From the human T2T-CHM13v2.0 reference genome, Homo sapiens, in NCBI RefSeq assembly GCF_009914755.1, contig NC_060939.1: a stretch of DNA of 64,000 bases. One strand, written 5' to 3'. The notes under the pieces were generated by a model. The model saw nothing but the letters and a program-made list of their open reading frames with translations, was not told the DNA's origin and searched no databases. Below are positions 26,101 through 41,100 of the stretch, in pieces. Each line of letters begins with the position of its first letter. Positions within the stretch are counted from its first letter, which is position 1. A program made the position numbers and the translations under genes.

Positions 26101-29100
26101 ACTCTATTGCCTTCCATTCCATTCCATTCGATTACATTCCATGCGATTCCATTCGAAATCGAATCAATTACATTGCAATCCATTACTATTGAGTCCATTT
26201 TATTCCAGTCCACTGCATTCTGGTCCATTCCATTTGATTCCATTCCATTCTTTTCCATTCCATACAGTTGCATTCCATTGGATTCCATTCTATATCTATA
26301 AATTCAATTCGAGACCATTGCTTTTGAGTCCATTCTATATGATTCCATTCCATTCAAGTCCATTACATTTGGTTCAATTCCATTCCATTCCATTCCCTTC
26401 CATTCCATTCCAGTTGATATCAATCCATTCGATTCCATTCCATTCGAGCACATTCCATTCGAGTCCATTCCATTCGATGCCATTCCATTTGATTCTATTC
26501 CATTAGTCTCCATTCAATTCCATTAATCTCCATTCCATTCCATTCTACTCCAACTGATTCCATTCCATTCTATTCCTTTCCATTCCATTTCATTCCATTC
26601 CATTCCATTTCATTCCATTCCATTCCATTCGCTTCCATTCCATTCGTGTCCATTCCACTCCAGTCCATTCCATTCGTGTCCATTCCATTCCAGTCCATTC
26701 CATTTGTGTCCACTGCATTCCATTCCACTCCATTCCATATTATTCCATTACACTCCCTTCCATTCTATTACTTTCATTTCCATTCAATTCCATTCCATTT
26801 GATTCCATTCCACTCGGTTTCATTCCATTTGAGTCCACTCCGTTCCATTCCATTCCATTCCATTCAGTTCCATTCCATTCTGTTCCATTCCATTCCGTTC
26901 CATTGCATTCCATTCCATTCGGTACCATTCCATATTGTTCCATTCGATTCCATTCGAATCCATTCCATTCCAGTCCATTCCATTCCATTCCATTCCATTC
27001 CATTCCATTCCATTCCATTCCACTTGATTCCACTCCATTCCCTTCCACTGCATTCCATTCGATTCCATTCCATTGCATTGCATTCCATTCCATTGGACTG
27101 CATTCCATTTGATTCCATTCCATTCGAATCAATTACATAGCAATCCATTACATTCGAGTCTATTCTATTCCGTTCCATTCGATTTCGTTCCAATCCATTC
27201 GATTCCATTCCATTCGATTCCATTCCATACTATTGCATTCCATTCGATTACATTATATTCGAATAAGTTCCATTCAAGACCATTTCTTTTGAGTCCATTC
27301 TATTTGAGTCCATTCCCTTTGATTCCATAACATTTGAGTCCATTCAATTCCATTCCTTTCGTTTGCATTCCATTTGATGCCATTCCATTCAATTCTGTTC
27401 TACTCGACTCCAATACATTCAATTCCATTCCATCCGATTCCATTACATTCTTTTCATTTCTTATCCATTTCAAGCCATTCCACTCCACTCCATTCCACTC
27501 GTTTCCTTTCCATTCGAGTCCATTCCTCTCCAGTCCATTCCGTTCAATCCATTCCATTCCAGTCCATTCCATTCGAGTCCGTTCCATTCCAGTCCATTCC
27601 ATTCGAGTCAATTCCATTCCATTCGATGTCTTTCCATAACGATCCATTCCATTCTATTCCTTTCGATTCCATTCCATTCTATTTCATTCCATTCGATTCC
27701 CTTCCATTGGACTCCTTTCCATTCGAGTGCATTCCATTCCGTTCCATTTCTTTCCGTTCTGTACGATTCCTACCGTTCGATTTCATTTTGTTCCAGTCCA
27801 TTCCTTTCGCGTCCATTCCATTCCATTTCACTCCATTCGATTCCATTCCACTCGATTCCACTTCGTTCCATTTCATTGCATTCCATTCTATTCAACTCTA
27901 TTGCCTTCCATTCCATTCCATTCGATTACATTCCATGCGATTCCATTCAAAATCGAATCAATTACATTGCAATCCATTACTATTGAGTCCGTTTTATTCC
28001 AGTCCACTGCATTCTGGTCCATTCCATTTGATTCCATTCCATTTTATTCCATTCCATACAGTTGCATTCCATTGGATTCCATGCTATATCTATAAATTCA
28101 ATTCGAGACCATTGCTTTTGAGTCCATTCTATATGTTTCCATTCCATTCAAGTCCATTACTTTTGGTTCAATTCCATTCCATTCCATTCCCTTCCATTCC
28201 ATTCCAGTTGATATCAATCCATTCGATTCCATTCCATTCGAGCACATTCCATTCGAGTCCATTCCATTCGATGCCATTCCATTTGATTCTATTCCATTAG
28301 TCTCCATTCAATTCCATTAATCTCCATTCCATTCCATTCTACTCCAACTGATTCCATTCCATTCTATTCCTTTCCATTCCATTTCATTCCATTCCATTCC
28401 ATTTCATTCCATTCCATTCCATTCGCTTCCATTCCATTCGTATCCATTCCACTCCAGTCCATTCCATTCGTGTCCATTCCATTCCAGTCCATTCCATTTG
28501 TGTCCACTGCATTCCATTCCACTCCATTCCATGTTATTCCATTACACTCCATTCCATTCTATTACTTTCATTTCCATTCAATTCCATTCCATTTGATTCC
28601 ATTCCACTCGGTTTCATTCAATTTGAATCCACTCCATTCTATTCCATTCCATTCCATTCAGTTCCATTCTATTCTGTTCTATTCCATTCCGTTCCATTGC
28701 ATTCCATTCCATTCGGTACCTTTCCATATTGTTCCATTCGATTCCATTCGAATCCATTCCATTCCAGTCCATTCCATTCGATTCCATTCCATTCCTTTCA
28801 ATTCCATTCCATTCCATTCCACTTGATTCCACTCCATTCCCTTCCACTGCATTCCATTCGATTCCGTTCCATTGCATTGCGTTCCATTCCATTGGACTGC
28901 ATTCCATTCGATTCCATTCCATTCGAATCAATTACATAGCAATCCATTACATTCGAGTCTATTCTATTCCGTTCCATTCGATTTCATTCCAATCCATTCG
29001 ATTCCATTCCATTCGATTCCATTCCATACTATTGCATTCCATTTGATTACATTATATTCGAATAAGTTCCATTCAAGACCATTTCTTTTGAGTCCATTCT

Positions 29101-32100
29101 ATTTGAGTCCATTCCCTTTGATTCCATAACATTTGAGTCCATTCAATTCCATTCCTTTCGTTTCCATTCCATTTGATGCCATTCCATTCAATTCTGTTCT
29201 ACTCGACTCCAATACATTCAATTCCATTCCATCCGATTCCATTACATTCTTTTCATTTCTTATCCATTTCAAGCCATTCCACTCCATTCCATTCCACTCG
29301 TTTCCTTTCCATTCGAGTCCATTCCTCTCCAGTCCATTCCGTTCAATCCATTCCATTCCAGTCCATTCCATTCGAGTCCGTTCCATTCCAGTCCATTCCA
29401 TTCGAGTCAATTCCATTCCATTCGATGTCTTTCCATAACGATCCATTCCATTCTATTCCTTTCGATTCCATTCCATTCTATTTCATTCCATTCGATTCCC
29501 TTCCATTGGACTCCTTTCCATTCGAGTGCATTCCATTCCTTTCCATTTCTTTCCGTTCTGTACGATTCCTACCGTTCGATTTCATTTTGTTCCAGTCCAT
29601 TCCTTTCGCGTCCATTCCATTCCATTTCACTCCATTCGATTCCATTCCACTCGATTCCACTTCGTTCCATTTCATTGCATTCCATTCTATTCAACTCTAT
29701 TGCCTTCCATTCCATTCCATTCGATTACATTCCATGCGATTCCATTCGAAATCGAAGCAATTACATTGCAATCCATTACTATTGAGTCCGTTTTATTCCA
29801 GTCCACTGCATTCTGGTCCATTCCATTTGATTCCATTCCATTCTATTCCATTCCATACAGTTGCATTCCATTGGATTCCATGCTATATCTATAAATTCAA
29901 TTCGAGACCATTGCTTTTGAGTCCATTCTATATGATTCCATTCCATTCAAGTCCATTACATTTGGTTCAATTCCATTCCATTCCATTCCCTTCCATTCCA
30001 TTCCGGTTGATATCAATCCATTCGATTCCATTCCATTCGAGCACATTCCATTCGAGTCCATTCCATTCGATGCCATTCCATTTGATTCTATTCCATTAGT
30101 CTCCATTCAATTCCATTAATCTCCATTCCATTCCATTCTACTCCAACTGATTCCATTCCATTCTATTCCTTTCCATTCCATTTCATTCCATTCCATTCCA
30201 TTTCATTCCATTCCATTCCATTCGTGTCCATTCCACTCCAGTCCATTCCATTCGTGTCCATTCCATTCCAGTCCATTCCATTTGTGTCCCCTGCATTCCA
30301 TTACACTCCATTCCATATTATTCCATTACACTCCATTCAATTCTATTACTTTCATTTCCATTCAATTCCATTCCATTTGATTCCATTCCACTCGGTTTCA
30401 TTCCATTTGAGTCCACTCCATTCCATTCCATTCCATTTCATTCAGTTCCATTCCATTCTATTCCATTCCATTCCGTTCCATTACATTCCATTCCATTCGG
30501 TACCATTCCATATTGTTCCATTCGATTCCATTCGAATCCATTCCATTCCAGTCCATTCCATTCGATTCCATTCCATTCATTTCAATTCCATTCCATTCCA
30601 TTACATTACATTCCACTTGATTCCTCTCCATTCCCTTCCACTGCATTCCGTTCGATTCCATTCCATTGCATTGCATTCCATTCCATTGGATTGCATTCCA
30701 TTCGATTCCATTCCATTCGAATCAATTACATAGCAATCCATTACATTCGAGTCTATTCTATTCCGTTCCATTCGATTTCGTTCCAATCCATTCGATTCCA
30801 TTCCATTCGATTCCATTCCATACTATTCCATTCCATTCGATGACATTATATTCGAATAAGTTCCATTCAAGACCATTTCTTTTGAGTCCATTCTATTTGA
30901 GTCCATTCCCTTTGATTCCATAACATTTGAGTCCATTCAATTCCATTCCTTTCGTTTCCATTCCATTTGATGCCATTCCATTCAATTCTGTTCTACTCGA
31001 CTCCAATACATTCAATTCCATTCCATCCGATTCCATTACATTCTTTTCATTTCTTATCCATTTCAAGCCATTCCACTCCATTCCATTCCACTCGTTTCCT
31101 TTCCATTCGAGTCCATTCCTCTCCAGTCCATTCCGTTCAATCCATTCCATTCCAGTCCATTCCATTCGAGTCCGTTCCATTCCAGTCCATTCCATTCGAG
31201 TCAATTCCATCCCATTCGATGTCTTTCCATAACGATCCATTCCATTCTATTCCTTTCGATTCCATTCCATTCTATTTCATTCCATTCGATTCCCTTCCAT
31301 TGGACTCCTTTCCATTCGAGTGCATTCCATTCCGTTCCATTTCTTTCCGTTCTGTACGATTCCTACCGTTCGATTTCATTTTGTTCCAGTCCATTCCTTT
31401 CGCGTCCATTCCATTCCATTTCACTCCATTCGATTCCATTCCACTCGATTCCACTTCGTTCCATTTCATTGCATTCCATTCTATTCAACTCTATTGCCTT
31501 CCATTCCATTCCATTCGATTACATTCCATGCGATTCCATTCGAAATCGAATCAATTACATTGCAATCCATTACTATTGAGTCCGTTTTATTCCAGTCCAC
31601 TGCATTCTGGTCCATTCCATTTGATTCCATTCCATTCTATTCCATTCCATACAGTTGCATTCCATTGGATTCCATGCTATATCTATAAATTCAATTCGAG
31701 ACCATTGCTTTTGAGTCCATTCTATATGATTCCATTCCATTCAAGTCCATTACATTTGGTTCAATTCCATTCCATTCCATTCCCTTCCATTCCATTCCAA
31801 TTGATATCAATCCATTCGATTCCATTCCATTCGAGCACATTCCATTCGAGTCCATTCCATTCGATGCCATTCCATTTGATTCTATTCCATTAGTCTCCAT
31901 TCAATTCCATTAATCTCCATTCCATTCCATTCTACTCCAACTGATTCCATTCCATTCTATTCCTTTCCATTCCATTCCATTCCATTCCATTCCATTTCAT
32001 TCCATTCCATTCCATTCGTGTCCATTCCACTCCAGTCCATTCCATTCGTGTCCATTCCATTCCAGTCCATTCCATTTGTGTCCACTGCATTCCATTCCAC

Positions 32101-35100
32101 TCCATTCCATATTATTCCATTACACTCCATTCCATTCTATTACTTTCATTTCCATTCAATTCCATTCCATTTGATTCCATTCCACTCGGTTTCATTCCAT
32201 TTGAGTCCACTCCATTCCATTCCATTCCATTCCATTCAGTTCCATTCCATTCTGTTCCATTCCATTCCGTTCCATTACATTCCATTCCATTCGGTACCAT
32301 TCCATATTGTTCCATTCGATTCCATTCGAATCCATTCCATTCCAGTCCATTCCATTCGATTCCATTCCATTCATTTCAATTCCATTCCATTCCATTCCAT
32401 TACATTCCACTTGATTCCTCTCCATTCCCTTCCACTGCATTCCGTTCGATTCCATTCCATTGCATTGCATTCCATTCCATTGGATTGCATTCCATTCGAT
32501 TCCATTCCATTCGAATCAATTACATAGCAATCCATTACATTCGAGTCTATTCTATTCCGTTCCATTCGATTTCGTTCCAATCCATTCGATTCCATTCCAT
32601 TCGATTCCATTCCATACTATTGCATTCCATTCGATTACATTATATTCGAATAAGTTCCATTCAAGACCATTTCTTTTGAGTCCATTCTATTTGAGTCCAT
32701 TCCCTTTGATTCCATAACATTTGAGTCCATTCAATTCCATTCCTTTCGTTTGCATTCCATTTGATGCCATTCCATTCAATTCTGTTCTACTCGACTCCAA
32801 TACATTCAATTCCATTCCATCCGATTCCATTACATTCTTTTCATTTCTTATCCATTTCAAGCCATTCCACTCCACTCCATTCCACTCGTTTCCTTTCCAT
32901 TCGAGTCCATTCCTCTCCAGTCCATTCCGTTCAATCCATTCCATTCCAGTCCATTCCATTCGAGTCCGTTCCATTCCAGTCCATTCCATTCGAGTCAATT
33001 CCATTCCATTCGATGTCTTTCCATAACGATCCATTCCATTCTATTCCTTTCGATTCCATTCCATTCTATTTCATTCCATTCGATTCCCTTCCATTGGACT
33101 CCTTTCCATTCGAGTGCATTCCATTCCGTTCCATTTCTTTCCGTTCTGTACGATTCCTACCGTTCGATTTCATTTTGTTCCAGTCCATTCCTTTCGCGTC
33201 CATTCCATTCCATTTCACTCCATTCGATTCCATTCCACTCGATTCCACTTCGCTCCATTTCATTGCATTCCATTCTATTCAACTCTATTGCCTTCCATTC
33301 CATTCCATTCGATTACATTCCATGCGATTCCATTCGAAATCGAATCAATTACATTGCAATCCATTACTATTGAGTCCGTTTTATTCCAGTCCACTGCATT
33401 CTGGTCCATTCCATTTTATTCCATTCCATTTTATTCCATTCCTTACAGTTGCATTCCATTGGATTCCATGCTATATCTATAAATTCAATTCGAGACCATT
33501 GCTTTTGAGTCCATTCTATATGTTTCCATCCCATTCAAGTCCATTACTTTTGGTTCAATTCCATTCCATTCCATTCCCTTCCATTCCATTCCAGTTGATA
33601 TCAATCCATTCGATTCCATTCCATTCGAGCACATTCCATTCGAGTCCATTCCATTCGATGCCATTCCATTTGATTCTATTCCATTAGTCTCCATTCAATT
33701 CCATTAATCTCCATTCCATTCCATTCTACTCCAACTGATTCCATTCCATTCTATTCCTTTCCATTCCATTTCATTCCATTCCATTCCATTTCATTCCATT
33801 CCATTCCATTCGCTTCCATTCCATTCGTATCCATTCCACTCCAGTCCATTCCATTCGTGTCCATTCCATTCCAGTCCATTCCATTTGTGTCCACTGCATT
33901 CCATTCCACTCCATTCCATGTTATTCCATTACACTCCATTCCATTCTATTACTTTCATTTCCATTCAATTCCATTCCATTTGATTCCATTCCACTCGGTT
34001 TCATTCCATTTGAATCCACTCCATTCTATTCCATTCCATTCCATTCAGTTCCATTCTATTCTGTTCTATTCCATTCCGTTCCATTGCATTCCATTCCATT
34101 CGGTACCTTTCCATATTGTTCCATTCGATTCCATTCGAATCCATTCCATTCCAGTCCATTCCATTCGATTCCATTCCATTCCTTTCAATTCCATTCCATT
34201 CCATTCCATTCCACTTGATTCCACTCCATTCCCTTCCACTGCATTCCATTCGATTCCGTTCCATTGCATTGCGTTCCATTCCATTGGACTGCATTCCATT
34301 CGATTCCATTCCATTCGAATCAGTTACATAGCAATCCATTACATTCGAGTCTATTCTATTCCGTTCCATTCGATTTCATTCCAATCCATTCGATTCCATT
34401 CCATTCGATTCCATTCCATACTATTGCATTCCATTCGATTACATTATATTCGAATAAGTTCCATTCAAGACCATTTCTTTTGATTCCATTCTATTTGAGT
34501 CCATTCCCTTTGATTCCATAACATTTGAGTCCATTCAATTCCATTCCTTTCGTTTCCATTCCATTTGATGCCATTCCATTCAATTCTGTTCTACTCGACT
34601 CCAATACATTCAATTCCATTCCATCCGATTCCATTACATTCTTTTCATTTCTTATCCATTTCAAGCCATTCCACTCCATTCCATTCCACTCGTTTCCTTT
34701 CCATTCGAGTCCATTCCTCTCCAGTTCATTCCGTTCAATCCATTCCATTCCAGTCCATTCCATTCAAGTCCGTTCCATTCCAGTCCATTCCATTCGAGTC
34801 AATTCCATCCCATTCGATGTCTTTCCATAACGATCCATTCCATTCTATTCCTTTCGATTCCATTCCATTCTATTTCATTCCATTCGATTCCCTTCCATTG
34901 GACTCCTTTCCATTCGAGTGCATTCCATTCCGTTCCATTTCTTTCCGTTCTGTACGATTCCTACCGTTCGATTTCATTTTGTTCCAGTCCATTCCTTTCG
35001 CGTCCATTCCATTCCATTTCACTCCATTCGATTCCATTCCACTCGATTCCACTTCGTTCCATTTCATTGCATTCCATTCTATTCAACTCTATTGCCTTCC

Positions 35101-38100
35101 ATTCCATTCCATTCGATTACATTCCATGCGATTCCATTCGAAATCGAATCAATTACATTGCAATCCATTACTATTGAGTCCATTTTATTCCAGTCCACTG
35201 CATTCTGGTCCATTCCATTTGATTCCATTCCATTCTTTTCCATTCCATACAGTTGCATTCCATTGGATTCCATTCTATATCTATAAATTCAATTCGAGAC
35301 CATTGCTTTTGAGTCCATTCTATATGATTCCATTCCATTCAAGTCCATTACATTTGGTTCAATTCCATTCCATTCCATTCCCTTCCATTCCATTCCAGTT
35401 GATATCAATCCATTCGATTCCATTCCATTCGAGCACATTCCATTCGAGTCCATTCCATTCGATGCCATTCCATTTGATTCTATTCCATTAGTCTCCATTC
35501 AATTCCATTAATCTCCATTCCATTCCATTCTACTCCAACTGATTCCATTCCATTCTATTCCTTTCCATTCCATTTCATTCCATTCCATTCCATTTCATTC
35601 CATTCCATTCCATTCGCTTCCATTCCATTCGTGTCCATTCCACTCCAGTCCATTCCATTCGTGTCCATTCCATTCCAGTCCATTCCATTTGTGTCCACTG
35701 CATTCCATTCCACTCCATTCCATATTATTCCATTACACTCCCTTCCATTCTATTACTTTCATTTCCATTCAATTCCATTCCATTTGATTCCATTCCACTC
35801 GGTTTCATTCCATTTGAGTCCACTCCGTTCCATTCCATTCCATTCCATTCAGTTCCATTCCATTCTGTTCCATTCCATTCCGTTCCATTGCATTCCATTC
35901 CATTCGGTACCATTCCATATTGTTCCATTCGATTCCATTCGAATCCATTCCATTCCAGTCCATTCCATTCCTTTCCATTCCATTCCATTCCATTCCATTC
36001 CACTTGATTCCACTCCATTCCCTTCCACTGCATTCCATTCGATTCCATTCCATTGCATTGCATTCCATTCCATTGGACTGCATTCCATTTGATTCCATTC
36101 CATTCGAATCAATTACATAGCAATCCATTACATTCGAGTCTATTCTATTCCGTTCCATTCGATTTCGTTCCAATCCATTCGATTCCATTCCATTCGATTC
36201 CATTCCATACTATTGCATTCCATTCGATTACATTATATTCGAATAAGTTCCATTCAAGACCATTTCTTTTGAGTCCATTCTATTTGAGTCCATTCCCTTT
36301 GATTCCATAACATTTGAGTCCATTCAATTCCATTCCTTTCGTTTGCATTCCATTTGATGCCATTCCATTCAATTCTGTTCTACTCGACTCCAATACATTC
36401 AATTCCATTCCATCCGATTCCATTACATTCTTTTCATTTCTTATCCATTTCAAGCCATTCCACTCCACTCCATTCCACTCGTTTCCTTTCCATTCGAGTC
36501 CATTCCTCTCCAGTCCATTCCGTTCAATCCATTCCATTCCAGTCCATTCCATTCGAGTCCGTTCCATTCCAGTCCATTCCATTCGAGTCAATTCCATTCC
36601 ATTCGATGTCTTTCCATAACGATCCATTCCATTCTATTCCTTTCGATTCCATTCCATTCTATTTCATTCCATTCGATTCCCTTCCATTGGACTCCTTTCC
36701 ATTCGAGTGCATTCCATTCCGTTCCATTTCTTTCCGTTCTGTACGATTCCTACCGTTCGATTTCATTTTGTTCCAGTCCATTCCTTTCGCGTCCATTCCA
36801 TTCCATTTCACTCCATTCGATTCCATTCCACTCGATTCCACTTCGTTCCATTTCATTGCATTCCATTCTATTCAACTCTATTGCCTTCCATTCCATTCCA
36901 TTCGATTACATTCCATGCGATTCCATTCAAAATCGAATCAATTACATTGCAATCCATTACTATTGAGTCCGTTTTATTCCAGTCCACTGCATTCTGGTCC
37001 ATTCCATTTGATTCCATTCCATTTTATTCCATTCCATACAGTTGCATTCCATTGGATTCCATGCTATATCTATAAATTCAATTCGAGACCATTGCTTTTG
37101 AGTCCATTCTATATGTTTCCATTCCATTCAAGTCCATTACTTTTGGTTCAATTCCATTCCATTCCATTCCCTTCCATTCCATTCCAGTTGATATCAATCC
37201 ATTCGATTCCATTCCATTCGAGCACATTCCATTCGAGTCCATTCCATTCGATGCCATTCCATTTGATTCTATTCCATTAGTCTCCATTCAATTCCATTAA
37301 TCTCCATTCCATTCCATTCTACTCCAACTGATTCCATTCCATTCTATTCCTTTCCATTCCATTTCATTCCATTCCATTCCATTTCATTCCATTCCATTCC
37401 ATTCGCTTCCATTCCATTCGTATCCATTCCACTCCAGTCCATTCCATTCGTGTCCATTCCATTCCAGTCCATTCCATTTGTGTCCACTGCATTCCATTCC
37501 ACTCCATTCCATGTTATTCCATTACACTCCATTCCATTCTATTACTTTCATTTCCATTCAATTCCATTCCATTTGATTCCATTCCACTCGGTTTCATTCA
37601 ATTTGAATCCACTCCATTCTATTCCATTCCATTCCATTCAGTTCCATTCTATTCTGTTCTATTCCATTCCGTTCCATTGCATTCCATTCCATTCGGTACC
37701 TTTCCATATTGTTCCATTCGATTCCATTCGAATCCATTCCATTCCAGTCCATTCCATTCGATTCCATTCCATTCCTTTCAATTCCATTCCATTCCATTCC
37801 ACTTGATTCCACTCCATTCCCTTCCACTGCATTCCATTCGATTCCGTTCCATTGCATTGCGTTCCATTCCATTGGACTGCATTCCATTCGATTCCATTCC
37901 ATTCGAATCAATTACATAGCAATCCATTACATTCGAGTCTATTCTATTCCGTTCCATTCGATTTCATTCCAATCCATTCGATTCCATTCCATTCGATTCC
38001 ATTCCATACTATTGCATTCCATTTGATTACATTATATTCGAATAAGTTCCATTCAAGACCATTTCTTTTGAGTCCATTCTATTTGAGTCCATTCCCTTTG

Positions 38101-41100
38101 ATTCCATAACATTTGAGTCCATTCAATTCCATTCCTTTCGTTTCCATTCCATTTGATGCCATTCCATTCAATTCTGTTCTACTCGACTCCAATACATTCA
38201 ATTCCATTCCATCCGATTCCATTACATTCTTTTCATTTCTTATCCATTTCAAGCCATTCCACTCCATTCCATTCCACTCGTTTCCTTTCCATTCGAGTCC
38301 ATTCCTCTCCAGTCCATTCCGTTCAATCCATTCCATTCCAGTCCATTCCATTCGAGTCCGTTCCATTCCAGTCCATTCCATTCGAGTCAATTCCATTCCA
38401 TTCGATGTCTTTCCATAACGATCCATTCCATTCTATTCCTTTCGATTCCATTCCATTCTATTTCATTCCATTCGATTCCCTTCCATTGGACTCCTTTCCA
38501 TTCGAGTGCATTCCATTCCTTTCCATTTCTTTCCGTTCTGTACGATTCCTACCGTTCGATTTCATTTTGTTCCAGTCCATTCCTTTCGCGTCCATTCCAT
38601 TCCATTTCACTCCATTCGATTCCATTCCACTCGATTCCACTTCGTTCCATTTCATTGCATTCCATTCTATTCAACTCTATTGCCTTCCATTCCATTCCAT
38701 TCGATTACATTCCATGCGATTCCATTCGAAATCGAAGCAATTACATTGCAATCCATTACTATTGAGTCCGTTTTATTCCAGTCCACTGCATTCTGGTCCA
38801 TTCCATTTGATTCCATTCCATTCTATTCCATTCCATACAGTTGCATTCCATTGGATTCCATGCTATATCTATAAATTCAATTCGAGACCATTGCTTTTGA
38901 GTCCATTCTATATGATTCCATTCCATTCAAGTCCATTACATTTGGTTCAATTCCATTCCATTCCATTCCCTTCCATTCCATTCCGGTTGATATCAATCCA
39001 TTCGATTCCATTCCATTCGAGCACATTCCATTCGAGTCCATTCCATTCGATGCCATTCCATTTGATTCTATTCCATTAGTCTCCATTCAATTCCATTAAT
39101 CTCCATTCCATTCCATTCTACTCCAACTGATTCCATTCCATTCTATTCCTTTCCATTCCATTTCATTCCATTCCATTCCATTTCATTCCATTCCATTCCA
39201 TTCGTGTCCATTCCACTCCAGTCCATTCCATTCGTGTCCATTCCATTCCAGTCCATTCCATTTGTGTCCCCTGCATTCCATTACACTCCATTCCATATTA
39301 TTCCATTACACTCCATTCAATTCTATTACTTTCATTTCCATTCAATTCCATTCCATTTGATTCCATTCCACTCGGTTTCATTCCATTTGAGTCCACTCCA
39401 TTCCATTCCATTCCATTTCATTCAGTTCCATTCCATTCTATTCCATTCCATTCCGTTCCATTACATTCCATTCCATTCGGTACCATTCCATATTGTTCCA
39501 TTCGATTCCATTCGAATCCATTCCATTCCAGTCCATTCCATTCGATTCCATTCCATTCATTTCAATTCCATTCCATTCCATTACATTACATTCCACTTGA
39601 TTCCTCTCCATTCCCTTCCACTGCATTCCGTTCGATTCCATTCCATTGCATTGCATTCCATTCCATTGGATTGCATTCCATTCGATTCCATTCCATTCGA
39701 ATCAATTACATAGCAATCCATTACATTCGAGTCTATTCTATTCCGTTCCATTCGATTTCGTTCCAATCCATTCGATTCCATTCCATTCGATTCCATTCCA
39801 TACTATTCCATTCCATTCGATGACATTATATTCGAATAAGTTCCATTCAAGACCATTTCTTTTGAGTCCATTCTATTTGAGTCCATTCCCTTTGATTCCA
39901 TAACATTTGAGTCCATTCAATTCCATTCCTTTCGTTTCCATTCCATTTGATGCCATTCCATTCAATTCTGTTCTACTCGACTCCAATACATTCAATTCCA
40001 TTCCATCCGATTCCATTACATTCTTTTCATTTCTTATCCATTTCAAGCCATTCCACTCCATTCCATTCCACTCGTTTCCTTTCCATTCGAGTCCATTCCT
40101 CTCCAGTCCATTCCGTTCAATCCATTCCATTCCAGTCCATTCCATTCGAGTCCGTTCCATTCCAGTCCATTCCATTCGAGTCAATTCCATCCCATTCGAT
40201 GTCTTTCCATAACGATCCATTCCATTCTATTCCTTTCGATTCCATTCCATTCTATTTCATTCCATTCGATTCCCTTCCATTGGACTCCTTTCCATTCGAG
40301 TGCATTCCATTCCGTTCCATTTCTTTCCGTTCTGTACGATTCCTACCGTTCGATTTCATTTTGTTCCAGTCCATTCCTTTCGCGTCCATTCCATTCCATT
40401 TCACTCCATTCGATTCCATTCCACTCGATTCCACTTCGTTCCATTTCATTGCATTCCATTCTATTCAACTCTATTGCCTTCCATTCCATTCCATTCGATT
40501 ACATTCCATGCGATTCCATTCGAAATCGAATCAATTACATTGCAATCCATTACTATTGAGTCCATTTTATTCCAGTCCACTGCATTCTGGTCCATTCCAT
40601 TTGATTCCATTCCATTCTATTCCATTCCATACAGTTGCATTCCATTGGATTCCATGCTATATCTATAAATTCAATTCGAGACCATTGCTTTTGAGTCCAT
40701 TCTATATGATTCCATTCCATTCAAGTCCATTACATTTGGTTCAATTCCATTCCATTCCATTCCCTTCCATTCCATTCCAGTTGATATCAATCCATTCGAT
40801 TCCATTCCATTCGAGCACATTCCATTCGAGTCCATTCCATTCGATGCCATTCCATTTGATTCTATTCCATTAGTCTCCATTCAATTCCATTAATCTCCAT
40901 TCCATTCCATTCTACTCCAACTGATTCCATTCCATTCTATTCCTTTCCATTCCATTTCATTCCATTCCATTCCATTTCATTCCATTCCATTCCATTCGCT
41001 TCCATTCCATTCGTGTCCATTCCACTCCAGTCCATTCCATTCGTGTCCATTCCATTCCAGTCCATTCCATTTGTGTCCACTGCATTCCATTCCACTCCAT

